From the NCBI GenBank assembly GCA_002254415.1, contig NJDR01000001.1, positions 1-32,115 of the forward strand: a stretch of 32,115 nt of DNA, in the 5' to 3' direction. Positions 1-8,933 of this stretch are shown here, one piece after another. Within the stretch, counting starts at the first letter, position 1, and the number at the start of each line of letters is the position of its first letter. The notes beneath the pieces were generated by a model that was not told the origin of the DNA, ran no database searches, and was given only the letters and a program-made list of their open reading frames with translations. This DNA is from Candidatus Aenigmarchaeota archaeon ex4484_52. GTDB lineage: Archaea; EX4484-52. Both the position numbers and the translations under genes were made by a program.

Positions 1-693
1 TTAGAGCAACAGCGAAATCATTTTTCTAATCTCCTATAGTTATGCTGGGTTCATAGTATAAATAGTGCATCTATTTAGCTCACTTTAATGTAATTTTTTG
101 AAAAATACGTTATAATGGCTTAAAACCACCAAACATTGAAAATTTGATTTTTTAGTTTGGCAAAAAATCAGCAATATTCTTTCAATAGAACGTCCAAAAC
201 ACTTAAAATGCCTTGTTGTTATAATTTATATACTTTTTATTCCAATTCAATTAGCTAATAGATGCTAAATGGTTTAGTGTTATGCAATAGCACCTCACCT
301 GAATTAAGAGATAGAGTGCTACATAGCAATTACGCCTAACAATGATTTTCTGCAGAGATTAATTGCATATTCTTGAAGTGTTTAAATTAAATAAAAGGAA
401 TAATGTCCTTTGTCTCTATTTTGAATATCCTGAAATCTTGTTTTTCCAATTCTTCTCCTTCCATAGATCGATACAATTTTCTTGTTTCCATTTATGCCAA
501 TTTCTTTAATTCATCTTTCCTGTTAATAAATTTTAGTCGCAATCATAATAGTTTAAACTATTTTTAATTTTAAAATTTCTTCGAAAATTGTTGCACAGAT
601 TTTTATAACAACACCACGCACACAACCCAGTTTTGTTTGCATCAAAAATTTTGCAGGAATTTATTTTTTTAATTGAATTGACTAATCTAAAAA

Positions 694-900
694 TCAAGGT
701 CTCATAATAGTTATTTTGCGTAACCTTATTTTTTCATCGTCATAATAATATTCATCAGATGCTTTAATTAAAGGTATTATTCCAATTCCAAAACCCATCA
801 ATAGTCCTTTTAAATCATATTTCATCCATAAGAATAAACTGATTAATCCAAAAATAAGATAAACAGGACTTACAATTCTGTCAAAATCTTTTGTTTTCAT
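694..900 (-). CDS. small hypothetical membrane protein
   Basis: 68-aa ORF with two hydrophobic stretches (VYLIFGLISLFLW, LLMGFGIGIIPLI). It lies 12 nt downstream of the GTPase gene on the same strand. No family recognised. Confidence 0.35.
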   Translation of the reverse strand: MKTKDFDRIVSPVYLIFGLISLFLWMKYDLKGLLMGFGIGIIPLIKASDEYYYDDEKIRLRKITIMRP

Positions 901-912
901 ATTTTAATTGTA

Positions 913-1551
913 TTATATTATATAAAAAAGTTTTTCATAAAGATAATCTAGTCCATCCCCTGTTTTTGCACTAATGCCGACAACACTATATTGACTAAAT
1001 GCATCGCGGATGTTTTGCACAGATGACTCTTTTTTGTCAATTTTATTTGCAACAATAATCACAGGAATTCCTCTTGCCTCTAAATTGCCAATTATTGTGA
1101 TATTGACTTGATCCATTGCCTCTTTTGTTGCATCTAAAACTACTAAAACAGCATCTACTTTATCAAGCCATTTTATTGCATCAATTACGCCTTTTGTAGC
1201 TTCTTTTGCCCTTTGTTTTGCATCTTTTTTAGAAATCCCTTTTTTTACAAAATCCTCATAATCAATTTTGGTTGCAATTCCAGGTGTGTCAATAATATTA
1301 AAAAATAATTTTTTCCCTTTTGAAGAAATTTGAACATTTTCTTTTGTAATAATTTGCCTTGTTTCATGCTCAATAGAAGATGTTTTTGTAAAATCTTCAC
1401 CAATCCATGTTTTTGTTATTTTGTTTGCAAGTGTTGATTTTCCTGCATTAGGTGGTCCATAGAGGCCAAGCCGTATTTGCTTTTTTTTTCTAAATAAAGA
1501 GAAAATTAAACCATTGATTGCATATTTTAATTTTAATAAATATTTTTTCAT
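913..1551 (-). CDS. small P-loop GTP-binding protein (Era/EngB-like, MMR_HSR1-type G domain)
   Basis: G1 GPPNAGKST, G3 DTPG and G4 NKID motifs are present in the canonical order. Length is 212 aa. Confidence 0.75.
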   Translation of the reverse strand: MKKYLLKLKYAINGLIFSLFRKKKQIRLGLYGPPNAGKSTLANKITKTWIGEDFTKTSSIEHETRQIITKENVQISSKGKKLFFNIIDTPGIATKIDYEDFVKKGISKKDAKQRAKEATKGVIDAIKWLDKVDAVLVVLDATKEAMDQVNITIIGNLEARGIPVIIVANKIDKKESSVQNIRDAFSQYSVVGISAKTGDGLDYLYEKLFYII

Positions 1552-1554
1552 AAA

Positions 1555-2007
1555 TTATTCAATTAAAATTCCAACTTTGTCCTGCTTGTATTTCCATTCT
1601 GAATCAATTATTTTTTTCCTTTTATAGTATTTTACAAGACGCCTTATTTTTGACTCTGTAATTGCCAGTCCTCTTTTTGCATATTTGTCATGAGTATTGT
1701 CATTTATGTGTTTTTTTACAGCAACTACTTTTTTTAATAAATTTTTTAAGTCCTCTGGTAAATTACTTTGCAAATTATTTTCTTTAATTATTTTATTTAT
1801 TTTTTTGTTGCAAATATCCTTTACACAAGGTATGCCATGAAAATCTCTTAAAATAAGTCCGATTTTTGAATTTGAATTTTCCTGTTTTTTTAATTTCAAT
1901 ATAAGTCGCTCAACAGCTTCTTTTTTTTCAACAACCCAGTCCGGTTTTTTAATATTTTCTCTTCTGCTTCTTGCCTTGCCTTTTTTTCTTGAATACATTC
2001 GTGCCAT
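1555..2007 (-). CDS. rps15: 30S ribosomal protein uS15 (S15P/S13e)
   Basis: N-terminus MARMYSRKKGKARS, LRDFHGIP, PEDL and ESKIRRLVKYYKRK match the archaeal S15 pattern. Confidence 0.9.
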   Translation of the reverse strand: MARMYSRKKGKARSRRENIKKPDWVVEKKEAVERLILKLKKQENSNSKIGLILRDFHGIPCVKDICNKKINKIIKENNLQSNLPEDLKNLLKKVVAVKKHINDNTHDKYAKRGLAITESKIRRLVKYYKRKKIIDSEWKYKQDKVGILIE

Positions 2008-2018
2008 AATTATTGTAT

Positions 2019-2684
2019 TTATGAATTTGAATTTAATTCTTCTTCTACTCTTTTTGTCAAATTTTTTTCTAAAAATTTCTTTTCTATAAATCTTATTGTT
2101 TTTATTGCCAAATCAATATTTCCGTTATTCAAATAAACGAGGCCGTTTTGTCCAACAAGAATATTGCATCCTGTTTTTTGAATTATCAATTTAATCATTG
2201 ATCCGCTTTTTCCAATAATTCTTTTAACCCTTGTCGGGCAGACAGAAATAATTAACCCGTCATATAATTTTTTACACATAGTTGGTTTCATACTTACATT
2301 TACAAATTTTGATTTTGTAACAGCACTTATATTAAGATACAAAACATCGCCCTTCCTATAATAATTTTCAATATCATCTCCATTTTTTATAAATTCTTTT
2401 AATTCCGACAAATAAAGCATTGCTACAAATGGAGAATTTATATCAACAGACCAATTATTAAACCCTACTCTTAATATTTGGCCAATCACAAAATCATCTT
2501 TTTTTGGCATATAAACCCCGTTTAAAGGTGTAACAGAAATAATATTATTTTTTTCTTTTACAAAGCCAGTATATTTAGAGAATATTTTTGAATTTTCCCG
2601 CCAAGTTCCCTGACCTGCAATAATATTTAAATCATCTTTTAATAGTTCTCCGCATATAGCAGAATCAGAATAATTTATTGCCAT
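2019..2684 (-). CDS. rrp4: exosome complex RNA-binding subunit Rrp4 (S1 + KH domains)
   Basis: An S1-like segment (DDFVIGQILRVGFNNWSVDINSP) is followed by a KH motif (RIIGKSGSMIKLIIQKTGCNILVGQNGLVYL). Confidence 0.8.
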   Translation of the reverse strand: MAINYSDSAICGELLKDDLNIIAGQGTWRENSKIFSKYTGFVKEKNNIISVTPLNGVYMPKKDDFVIGQILRVGFNNWSVDINSPFVAMLYLSELKEFIKNGDDIENYYRKGDVLYLNISAVTKSKFVNVSMKPTMCKKLYDGLIISVCPTRVKRIIGKSGSMIKLIIQKTGCNILVGQNGLVYLNNGNIDLAIKTIRFIEKKFLEKNLTKRVEEELNSNS

Positions 2685-3049
2685 AATTTATCAATATCAG
2701 AAATTAATTTTTTGTTTTCTTTAATTATATTTTCATCTTCTATTGCAATACAACTCGCTGAAACTTTCAGTCCAGCAGAAACACCCAATTCCTGTTTGCT
2801 CGGGACACTTGCAAAAGAGATTTTCTTTTCTCGGCATAAACCAGGTAAATGCATAATAAGCTCAATTGGATTTATATCTTCTGCTATTATTATTAATTTT
2901 GCTTTTTCTTTTTCAATTGATTTTGTTACTTCATTTACACCAGTTTTTATGTTTGTAATGGATTTTGCAGAATCAATTAATGAATATATTTGTTCTACCA
3001 ATTCATTTGGTGTTTTAAATCCAATAATTTGTTCTATTTGTTCATTCAT
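2675..3049 (-). CDS. rpl7ae: 50S ribosomal protein L7Ae (eL8; K-turn binding)
   Basis: TGVNEVTKSIEKEKAKLIIIAEDINP...LPGLCREKKISFASVPSKQELGVSAG is the conserved L7Ae core. A GGTGAT Shine-Dalgarno sits directly upstream of the ATG. Confidence 0.9.
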   Translation of the reverse strand: MNEQIEQIIGFKTPNELVEQIYSLIDSAKSITNIKTGVNEVTKSIEKEKAKLIIIAEDINPIELIMHLPGLCREKKISFASVPSKQELGVSAGLKVSASCIAIEDENIIKENKKLISDIDKLWQ

Positions 3050-3210
3050 CTAATCACCTTTTTCTTAAAATTAAATACCAAATAATATTAAGTTTTTTAA
3101 ACTTTAATTTTTTTTTAAAATATTTTTAGATTTGTTGTGTAATATTAGTTGTTCAGTGTAAATTTCATCTATTTTTTGTATATAATTATAAAACAGCACA
3201 CTAAAAAGCT

Positions 3211-3239
3211 GCTTGAAAATTGCTTGTATATTTTAACCC
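3211..3239. repeat. left arm of a perfect 29-bp inverted repeat (GCTTGAAAATTGCTTGTATATTTTAACCC)
   Basis: The exact reverse complement is found at 4936..4964. Flanking bases are also partly similar. Confidence 0.95.
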
Positions 3240-3679
3240 ATTGGATAAATGCAATTTATGTTATTATCTGACAGGCAGATAGTAATCTGTGGTTTAAATG
3301 TGTCGCATTAAATAAGAGTATTGCTTACTTATATTGTAACATTCTTTTAAAAAAATCTGTTATTCGATTAATATGTCAATATATAAGATGTCGGTATTGT
3401 TACAAGTGTTAATATTGAATTAGTTTTTAAATCAAAAATTAGATTTTTCTAATAGCCATAAAATTGCAATAGATAATACAAATGGCGTAATTATCTCTAA
3501 TGTAACAAATGTAAAGGAAAATGATGGTTCTGAAACTTGCACACTGTGAAATGTTTTAAATATAATCGCAATAATTGCTAATGATTTTATAGTTAGTTGT
3601 GCTTTTGTCAATCATTCATATATTTATTTTGTGTTGATTATAACTTTAAAAAAATTTATTTATTCAATAAAATATTTAT

Positions 3680-4942
3680 ATGCAAAAAAATAATTCTATT
3701 TATGCTTCATACAAGGACATAAATACAGAAAATAAAACAATATTATTAAGGGTTGATATAAATAGCCCTATTGTGCTAAATAGAATTGATAACTCTAAAA
3801 GAATAATAGAATCTGTTAAAACAATAAAATTATTTAAGAAAAAAAGAGCAAAAATAGTTATATTAGCGCATCAGGGCAGATATGGAGATGAAAATTTTAC
3901 AGATTTAAAACAGCATTCAGAAATTATAAACAAATATACATCAATAAAATACATACCGGATATTATTGGCAAAAAAGCAATAAAGGCGATTAAAGCATTA
4001 AAGCCGGGCGATGCAATTTTATTGGAGAATTTAAGATTTCTTGATGAAGAAAAACACCCTCCGGAAGATATTAAAAAAAACAGGATTGTAATGACTTTAG
4101 CACCGCTTGCAGATATTTATATAAATGATGCATTTTCTAATTCGCACAGGGCGCATACTTCAATTACAGAATTTGCAAAAATTTTACCTGCTTATACAGG
4201 TCCTATTTTAGAAGAAGAATTAGATGCACTATTAAAATTAGATAAAAATAAAATTACGCATCCAATTGTTTATATTCTTGGCGGGGCAAAAATACAAGAG
4301 CCGATAATTTTATTAAAGGCAAAAAAAAATATTGACTGTGTTCTTTCTTGCGGTTTATTTGCACAAGCGTGCCTTTTAACACAGGGCTTTGATTTTGGAG
4401 CACAAAGAGAATATCTAAAAAATATTGGAATAGAAAAAAATAATGAATTAAATCAATTAATAAAGTTAATAAAAGAACATAAAATAATTACACCAATTGA
4501 CTTTGCTGTAAAAAACAATAACAGAAGAGTGGAATTGAAACTCAGTCAATTTCCAAGCAAATATGAGATATTTGATATTGGGGAAAAAACAATAACCAAA
4601 TATTTGTCAATAATAAGAGGAGCAAAAACTATATTTCTAAAAGGAGCTCCGGGGGATTTTGAAGATGAAAATTTCTCAAAAGGAACAAAAGTATTATTTA
4701 GTGCAATTGCAAAATCAAATGCATTTTCCTTTATGGGTGGAGGCCATACATCTGGTGCAATAAAAAAATTTAAAATAACCGGATTCTCTCATGTGTCCTT
4801 GTCTGGCGGTGCTATGCTTGATTATTTGGCAGGAAAAAAATTACCGGGTTTGGAAGCATTGAAGCAAAGTAAAAAATCATCAAAATTTGTTAAATTCAAC
4901 TCGTTGGATAAAATTAAAACAAGTCAGTATTCAACGGGTTAA
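3680..4942 (+). CDS. pgk: phosphoglycerate kinase (archaeal type)
   Basis: LRVDINSP, ENLRFLDEE, INDAFSNSHRAHTS and GGGHTS...LSGGAMLDYLAGKKLPGLEAL motifs. About 25 extra C-terminal residues run into the right repeat arm. Confidence 0.92.
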   Translation: MQKNNSIYASYKDINTENKTILLRVDINSPIVLNRIDNSKRIIESVKTIKLFKKKRAKIVILAHQGRYGDENFTDLKQHSEIINKYTSIKYIPDIIGKKAIKAIKALKPGDAILLENLRFLDEEKHPPEDIKKNRIVMTLAPLADIYINDAFSNSHRAHTSITEFAKILPAYTGPILEEELDALLKLDKNKITHPIVYILGGAKIQEPIILLKAKKNIDCVLSCGLFAQACLLTQGFDFGAQREYLKNIGIEKNNELNQLIKLIKEHKIITPIDFAVKNNNRRVELKLSQFPSKYEIFDIGEKTITKYLSIIRGAKTIFLKGAPGDFEDENFSKGTKVLFSAIAKSNAFSFMGGGHTSGAIKKFKITGFSHVSLSGGAMLDYLAGKKLPGLEALKQSKKSSKFVKFNSLDKIKTSQYSTG

Positions 4943-4964
4943 AATATACAAGCAATTTTCAAGC
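4936..4964. repeat. right arm of the 29-bp inverted repeat (GGGTTAAAATATACAAGCAATTTTCAAGC)
   Basis: Exact reverse complement of 3211..3239. It overlaps the last two codons and the stop codon of pgk and is followed by a T6 run. Confidence 0.95.
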
Positions 4965-5050
4965 TTTTTTATTGTGAGTTATTTTATGGTTAATACTCAA
5001 TAAAAAACAATCATAATATTTATAAAATTAATGTATAAATAAAATACAAT

Positions 5051-5815
5051 ATGGCTCGTGTAATTTCATGTGTTTCTGGTAAAGGTGGTGTTGGAAAAAC
5101 AACTTTTGTTGCAAATATTGGAATTGCAACAACTCAATTTGGACATAGAACTATTGTTGTAGATACTAATTTAACTACACCGAATTTGGGCTTTCATTTA
5201 GGAGTGCCTTTATATCCACAGACATTACATAATCTTTTGAGAGGAGAGGGTAATATTTATGATGCAATTTATATTCATCCAACTGACTTAAAAGTAATTC
5301 CAGCAGGTATTTCTATATATGATTTAAAAAATACAGATCTTTCTAAATTAAAAGAAATTGTAAATAAACTAAGATTAGACCATGATATTATATTTCTTGA
5401 CGGAGCAGCTGGACTTGGAAAAGAATCAATTGCAACAATTGAAGCAGCAGATGAAATAATTGTAATTACAAATGCAGAACTTCCAAGTTTAACAGATGCT
5501 CTAAAAACAATAAAAATTGCAGAAGAATTAAAAAAACCTGTTATCGGGGCGGTTGTCAATCGCATAAGAGGATTAAAATCAGAAATAGCAAAAGAAGATA
5601 TTGAATCAATACTTGGCACTCCTGTAATTGGATCTATTAAAGAGCACAATAAAATGTCTGATTGCATAGCAACAAAAACACCAATTATTTCTTATGACAA
5701 ACACAATGATTATTCAATAGAGATAAAAAAACTTGCAGCAGAACTTACAGACACATGTTGGAAAGATCCAAGAAATGATTTTATGTTTTTATTAAAAAGA
5801 ATGCTAAAATTATAA
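5051..5815 (+). CDS. minD: MinD/ParA-family ATPase (archaeal MinD-like)
   Basis: Deviant Walker A SGKGGVGKTT at the N-terminus, a DGAAGLG Walker B region and a typical length of about 250 aa. Confidence 0.85.
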   Translation: MARVISCVSGKGGVGKTTFVANIGIATTQFGHRTIVVDTNLTTPNLGFHLGVPLYPQTLHNLLRGEGNIYDAIYIHPTDLKVIPAGISIYDLKNTDLSKLKEIVNKLRLDHDIIFLDGAAGLGKESIATIEAADEIIVITNAELPSLTDALKTIKIAEELKKPVIGAVVNRIRGLKSEIAKEDIESILGTPVIGSIKEHNKMSDCIATKTPIISYDKHNDYSIEIKKLAAELTDTCWKDPRNDFMFLLKRMLKL

Positions 5816-5846
5816 TTTTTTAGAATTTTCTATTTTAAAATATATT

Positions 5847-6146
5847 ATGGAATTTCCAAAATTAGATCAAACATCATATTTTACAAAGAGAACACTTGAT
5901 AATAGAGATGGAAAAACTACTGGTGAAATTGTTTTATGGCGCCTTAAAGATGAAAAAGAATTTAAATATGTTCTTGATTGCCCTTTTTGCAAAAAACATT
6001 CTGAATACAATAATCTTGTTTTGGAAAAAAAACCATATAAATTTAAATGCCCAAATTGTCAAAAAACAATAAGAATCGGAAAATTGAAAGATTCAATTAA
6101 AAAGAGAAGGAAAATTGAAACTAAAAATTATAGCAAAAATATTTAA
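5847..6146 (+). CDS. zinc-ribbon protein, function unknown
   Basis: Two CxxC pairs (CPFCKK ... CPNCQK) and a basic C-terminal tail. No family recognised. Confidence 0.5.
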   Translation: MEFPKLDQTSYFTKRTLDNRDGKTTGEIVLWRLKDEKEFKYVLDCPFCKKHSEYNNLVLEKKPYKFKCPNCQKTIRIGKLKDSIKKRRKIETKNYSKNI

Positions 6147-6172
6147 AGATTTCCAAATACGAATATTAATTT

Positions 6173-6373
6173 ATGGTAAAATATAAAATAGCGCATGATA
6201 AAGATTTATGTATTGGCTGCGGTGCTTGTGTGTCTATGTGTCCGGATAATTGGGAGATAGATGATGAAGGAAAAGCAAAAATAATAAATGATGAAGTAGA
6301 AAATATTGGATGCAATAAAGATGCAAAAGATTCCTGCCCAGTTGATTGTATAAAAATAAAAGAGATTAAATAA
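6173..6373 (+). CDS. fdx: small single-cluster ferredoxin (Pyrococcus Fd-like)
   Basis: CIGCGACVSMCP cluster motif plus a distal CP (DSCPVDCI). Length is 66 aa. Confidence 0.8.
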   Translation: MVKYKIAHDKDLCIGCGACVSMCPDNWEIDDEGKAKIINDEVENIGCNKDAKDSCPVDCIKIKEIK

Positions 6374-6400
6374 TTTATCCCGTCAATTTCTTATAATTAT

Positions 6401-6484
6401 GCCGAAGTCGCATAATGGTATTGCGGTGGTTTCGAAAACCATTTTCTTGAAAAAGATATGTAGGTTCGAATCCTGCCTTCGGCG
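6401..6484 (+). tRNA. tRNA-Ser (anticodon CGA), class II with long variable arm
   Basis: Hand fold: acceptor GCCGAAG/CTTCGGC, anticodon stem GTGGT/ACCAT with loop TT-CGA-AA, variable arm TCTT-GAAA-AAGA, T arm GTAGG-TTCGAAT-CCTGC and discriminator G. Confidence 0.8.
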
Positions 6485-6799
6485 TAAAAAATTTTTGCGT
6501 CGTTATAAGAGTTAATCCTAATTGTTAAATCGTGTTATAAATAACTTGCATAATTTAATTAATATAAATTTTTTAAAACCTATATTGTCGGGTAGAACAA
6601 AAAAACAGATGATATTTTACTGAAAATTGAAAACGCAGAAATATGCAAAATTGTCTTTAGGAGATGAAATTTTTGTTTATTATCTTATGAAAAACAATTT
6701 AAACAAATAATAGACCCATCCAAAAAATCAAAAAGACCTTGGCAAAATTAAAAAAGCAATTATCTTAACAAAAATCTAGTAATATATAAAATTTAATTT

Positions 6800-7096
6800 T
6801 TAACGGCATTCAATTAAAAAATCTTCTATTATGTCGCATATTTTTCTCCCCTTTCCTGTAAGTTCAATGTATTTTTTTCTTCCATGTTTTTTGAATGATA
6901 CAATATTTTTTTTAGAAAAATCATCTAAAATCTTTTCTGTATGCGAATAAGTACATTTTGCATTTCTGGAAATAAGAGATACATAATTGTTATTATTTGA
7001 ATTTTCTTTCAAATTCATCAATATATTTGTTGGTTTTTGTTTAAGCAACAAAAATGTTTCATTTTGTTTGTTCTTGTAGTTTAAATTAATCTTCAT
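6800..7096 (-). CDS. small winged-helix transcriptional regulator (MarR/TrmB-like)
   Basis: 98 aa. An HTH-like segment (VSLISRNAKCTYSHTEKILDDFSKKNIV) is followed by a wing (FKKHGRKKYIELTGKG). Confidence 0.5.
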   Translation of the reverse strand: MKINLNYKNKQNETFLLLKQKPTNILMNLKENSNNNNYVSLISRNAKCTYSHTEKILDDFSKKNIVSFKKHGRKKYIELTGKGRKICDIIEDFLIECR

Positions 7097-7111
7097 ATTT
7101 ATATTAAAATA

Positions 7112-7221
7112 TGGTCTCGTTGGGATTTGGACCCAAGACCTCTGGCTATCTTAGAGATATTAAGATTATAATAGAACACCGTCATATAAGACCAGCGCTC
7201 TTACCACTGAGCTACGAGACC
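7112..7221 (-). tRNA. tRNA-Ile (anticodon UAU) with a 37-nt intron at the canonical 37/38 position
   Basis: Hand fold of the reverse complement: GGTCTCG-TA-GCTC-AGTGGTAA-GAGC-G-CTGGT-CT-TAT-A-[intron 7148..7184]-A-GCCAG-AGGTC-TTGGG-TCCAAAT-CCCAA-CGAGACC-A. Exon CTTA pairs with intron TAAG, flanked by two 3-nt bulges (BHB-like). Confidence 0.75.
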
Positions 7222-7258
7222 ATAAGTTCATATTTACAAAAATCTTTTTAATATTATA

Positions 7259-8155
7259 TTAAACAAATTTCTTTTTCAAATCAATTTCAATATGAGTCCT
7301 GTATTGGTATGGGGCAAAATTCCCACATTTTCTTATATTTTTAAATGAACAAACAAGATTTTTTTCAATGAATTTCTGCTCTAAATTTTCCAGAATTATT
7401 TTTGTCTCATCAATATTTTTATCTATTTTGCAAAAGCAATAATAGTTTATAATCCCAGTTTTTTTTTTATTCAAATCAAGACATTGAATTAATAAATCCA
7501 AAAAGTTATGATTTATTTTAGGTGCTGTCATCAAAATTCTGTTGTATTTTTTATTGCAATGCTTGACAAAATCTACAATATCCTGACAATAAAAATCAAC
7601 TCTATCTTCAACTTTATTTTTTTTAATATTTGCAAGTGCATATTTTTTGCAATAAGTATTATTTTCTATTGCATCTATTTTGACATCTTTTTGCTTTGCA
7701 ATTACAATTGGATATGGACACACCCCTGCAAATGCAGATAAAATTACTTCTCCATTATTTATTGAATTTGCCAAAATTTGCCTTTCGCTGCCAAGTTTTG
7801 TTGAAAAATACATTTTTTCAATGTCAAATGCAAATTCGCAATTATTTTCCCTGTAAATGCACTCTGTATTTTTTCCAAAAATAATTTCATAGTCGCCAAG
7901 ACGGAACTCCCCTTCAAGTTTATTTTTTTTTAGAAGTATTGTATTTATGTTTTTGTTTATTTTTTGCAAATATTCAGATATTGCTTTTTTTATTAATTCA
8001 GCATTATTTTGCATTAATAATTTTTTATGGGCAAAACTGCTAAAATCAATTACTGCAACATTTCCACATAATTCAAAACCCCTTGGAATGAGTTTTTCTT
8101 CAATGTCTATTTTTTTATTTATAAATTCTTGCTTTAATAAACATTTTAAATTCAT
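7259..8155 (-). CDS. trm5: tRNA (guanine37-N1)-methyltransferase Trm5/Taw-family (Met-10+ like class I MTase)
   Basis: IPRGFELCGNVAVIDF is the Trm5 D2 motif. The SAM-binding region is LSAFAGVCPYPIVIAK...AIENN...NIKKNKV. Confidence 0.8.
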   Translation of the reverse strand: MNLKCLLKQEFINKKIDIEEKLIPRGFELCGNVAVIDFSSFAHKKLLMQNNAELIKKAISEYLQKINKNINTILLKKNKLEGEFRLGDYEIIFGKNTECIYRENNCEFAFDIEKMYFSTKLGSERQILANSINNGEVILSAFAGVCPYPIVIAKQKDVKIDAIENNTYCKKYALANIKKNKVEDRVDFYCQDIVDFVKHCNKKYNRILMTAPKINHNFLDLLIQCLDLNKKKTGIINYYCFCKIDKNIDETKIILENLEQKFIEKNLVCSFKNIRKCGNFAPYQYRTHIEIDLKKKFV

Positions 8156-8219
8156 AAATTAACTTTTACGCAAGAAATATAAATGTATAAAATTAAGTAA
8201 ATATAAATCTAATTCAAAT

Positions 8220-8933
8220 ATGGATATTGCTGTTTTATCAAATAATAATATTAAACAACAAGAAATTGAAAACAAAGCAAAAAAATATGGTTTTAATATT
8301 GCATTGAAAAATCAAGAACCAGATATTGTTTTTTGTATTGGAGGTGATGGAACAATTTTATATGCAGAAGAAAAATTCCCATCTGTTCCTAAAATTACAA
8401 TTAAAAATGAACATCATATTGGAAAAAGATGCATTTATACTATTGAACAAATTGATGATATTTTGTCAAAATTATCTCAAAATAAATTTAAAACAAAAAA
8501 AAATATAAAAATCAAATGCTTATACAAAAATCAAAAAATTACTGCTTTAAATGAAATTCAAATTCGTAATATTTTGCCAAGCTATGCAATAAGATTTTCT
8601 ATTTTTGCAAAACAAGATAATAAAATTATATTTAGGAAAAAAAATATAATTGGTGATGGATGTATTTTTTCAACACCATTTGGATCAAGTGCTTATTTTA
8701 AATCAATCGGCGGAAAAAAATTTAAAAATGGATTTGGAATTGGATTAAATAATGTTTTTAATAAAAAAAAGAAAATATATTATTTTGATGATGATTGCAT
8801 TTTTGAATGCATTTTAGACAGGGGTCCTTGTTTTTTGCTTCATGACAATTCAAAAAATATAATTACATTGAAAACAAATGAAAAAATTATTTTAGAAAAA
8901 GAAAAAAATTATTTTGAAGAAGTGCATTTATAG
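8220..8933 (+). CDS. nadK: NAD(+) kinase
   Basis: The GGDGT motif (FCIGGDGTILYA), NEIQI and GDGCIFSTPFGSSAYFKSIGG are hallmarks of PpnK/NadK. Confidence 0.85.
   Translation: MDIAVLSNNNIKQQEIENKAKKYGFNIALKNQEPDIVFCIGGDGTILYAEEKFPSVPKITIKNEHHIGKRCIYTIEQIDDILSKLSQNKFKTKKNIKIKCLYKNQKITALNEIQIRNILPSYAIRFSIFAKQDNKIIFRKKNIIGDGCIFSTPFGSSAYFKSIGGKKFKNGFGIGLNNVFNKKKKIYYFDDDCIFECILDRGPCFLLHDNSKNIITLKTNEKIILEKEKNYFEEVHL

Noticed and set aside
2712-3053. 113-aa plus-strand ORF
   Set aside because: It is entirely antisense to the strongly conserved L7Ae gene, and its sequence is low-complexity and hydrophobic, typical of shadow ORFs in AT-rich DNA.
3519-3536. C/D-box-like ATGATGG ... CTGA in the pgk upstream spacer
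   Set aside because: The C-box is imperfect and CTGA follows after only 2 nt. There is no C'/D' pair, terminal stem or guide-length spacing, so a box C/D sRNA is not supported.
5275-5667. 130-aa minus-strand ORF
   Set aside because: It is antisense to the MinD-like ATPase and shows no motif.
6485-6799. ORF-free 315 bp next to tRNA-Ser as a possible integration site or integrase remnant
   Set aside because: I found no direct repeat of the tRNA 3' end, no integrase-like translation in any frame and no att-like duplication.
7508-8162. Three plus-strand ORFs (7508-7741, 7696-7884, 7947-8162)
   Set aside because: All are shadow ORFs inside the Trm5 gene on the opposite strand.
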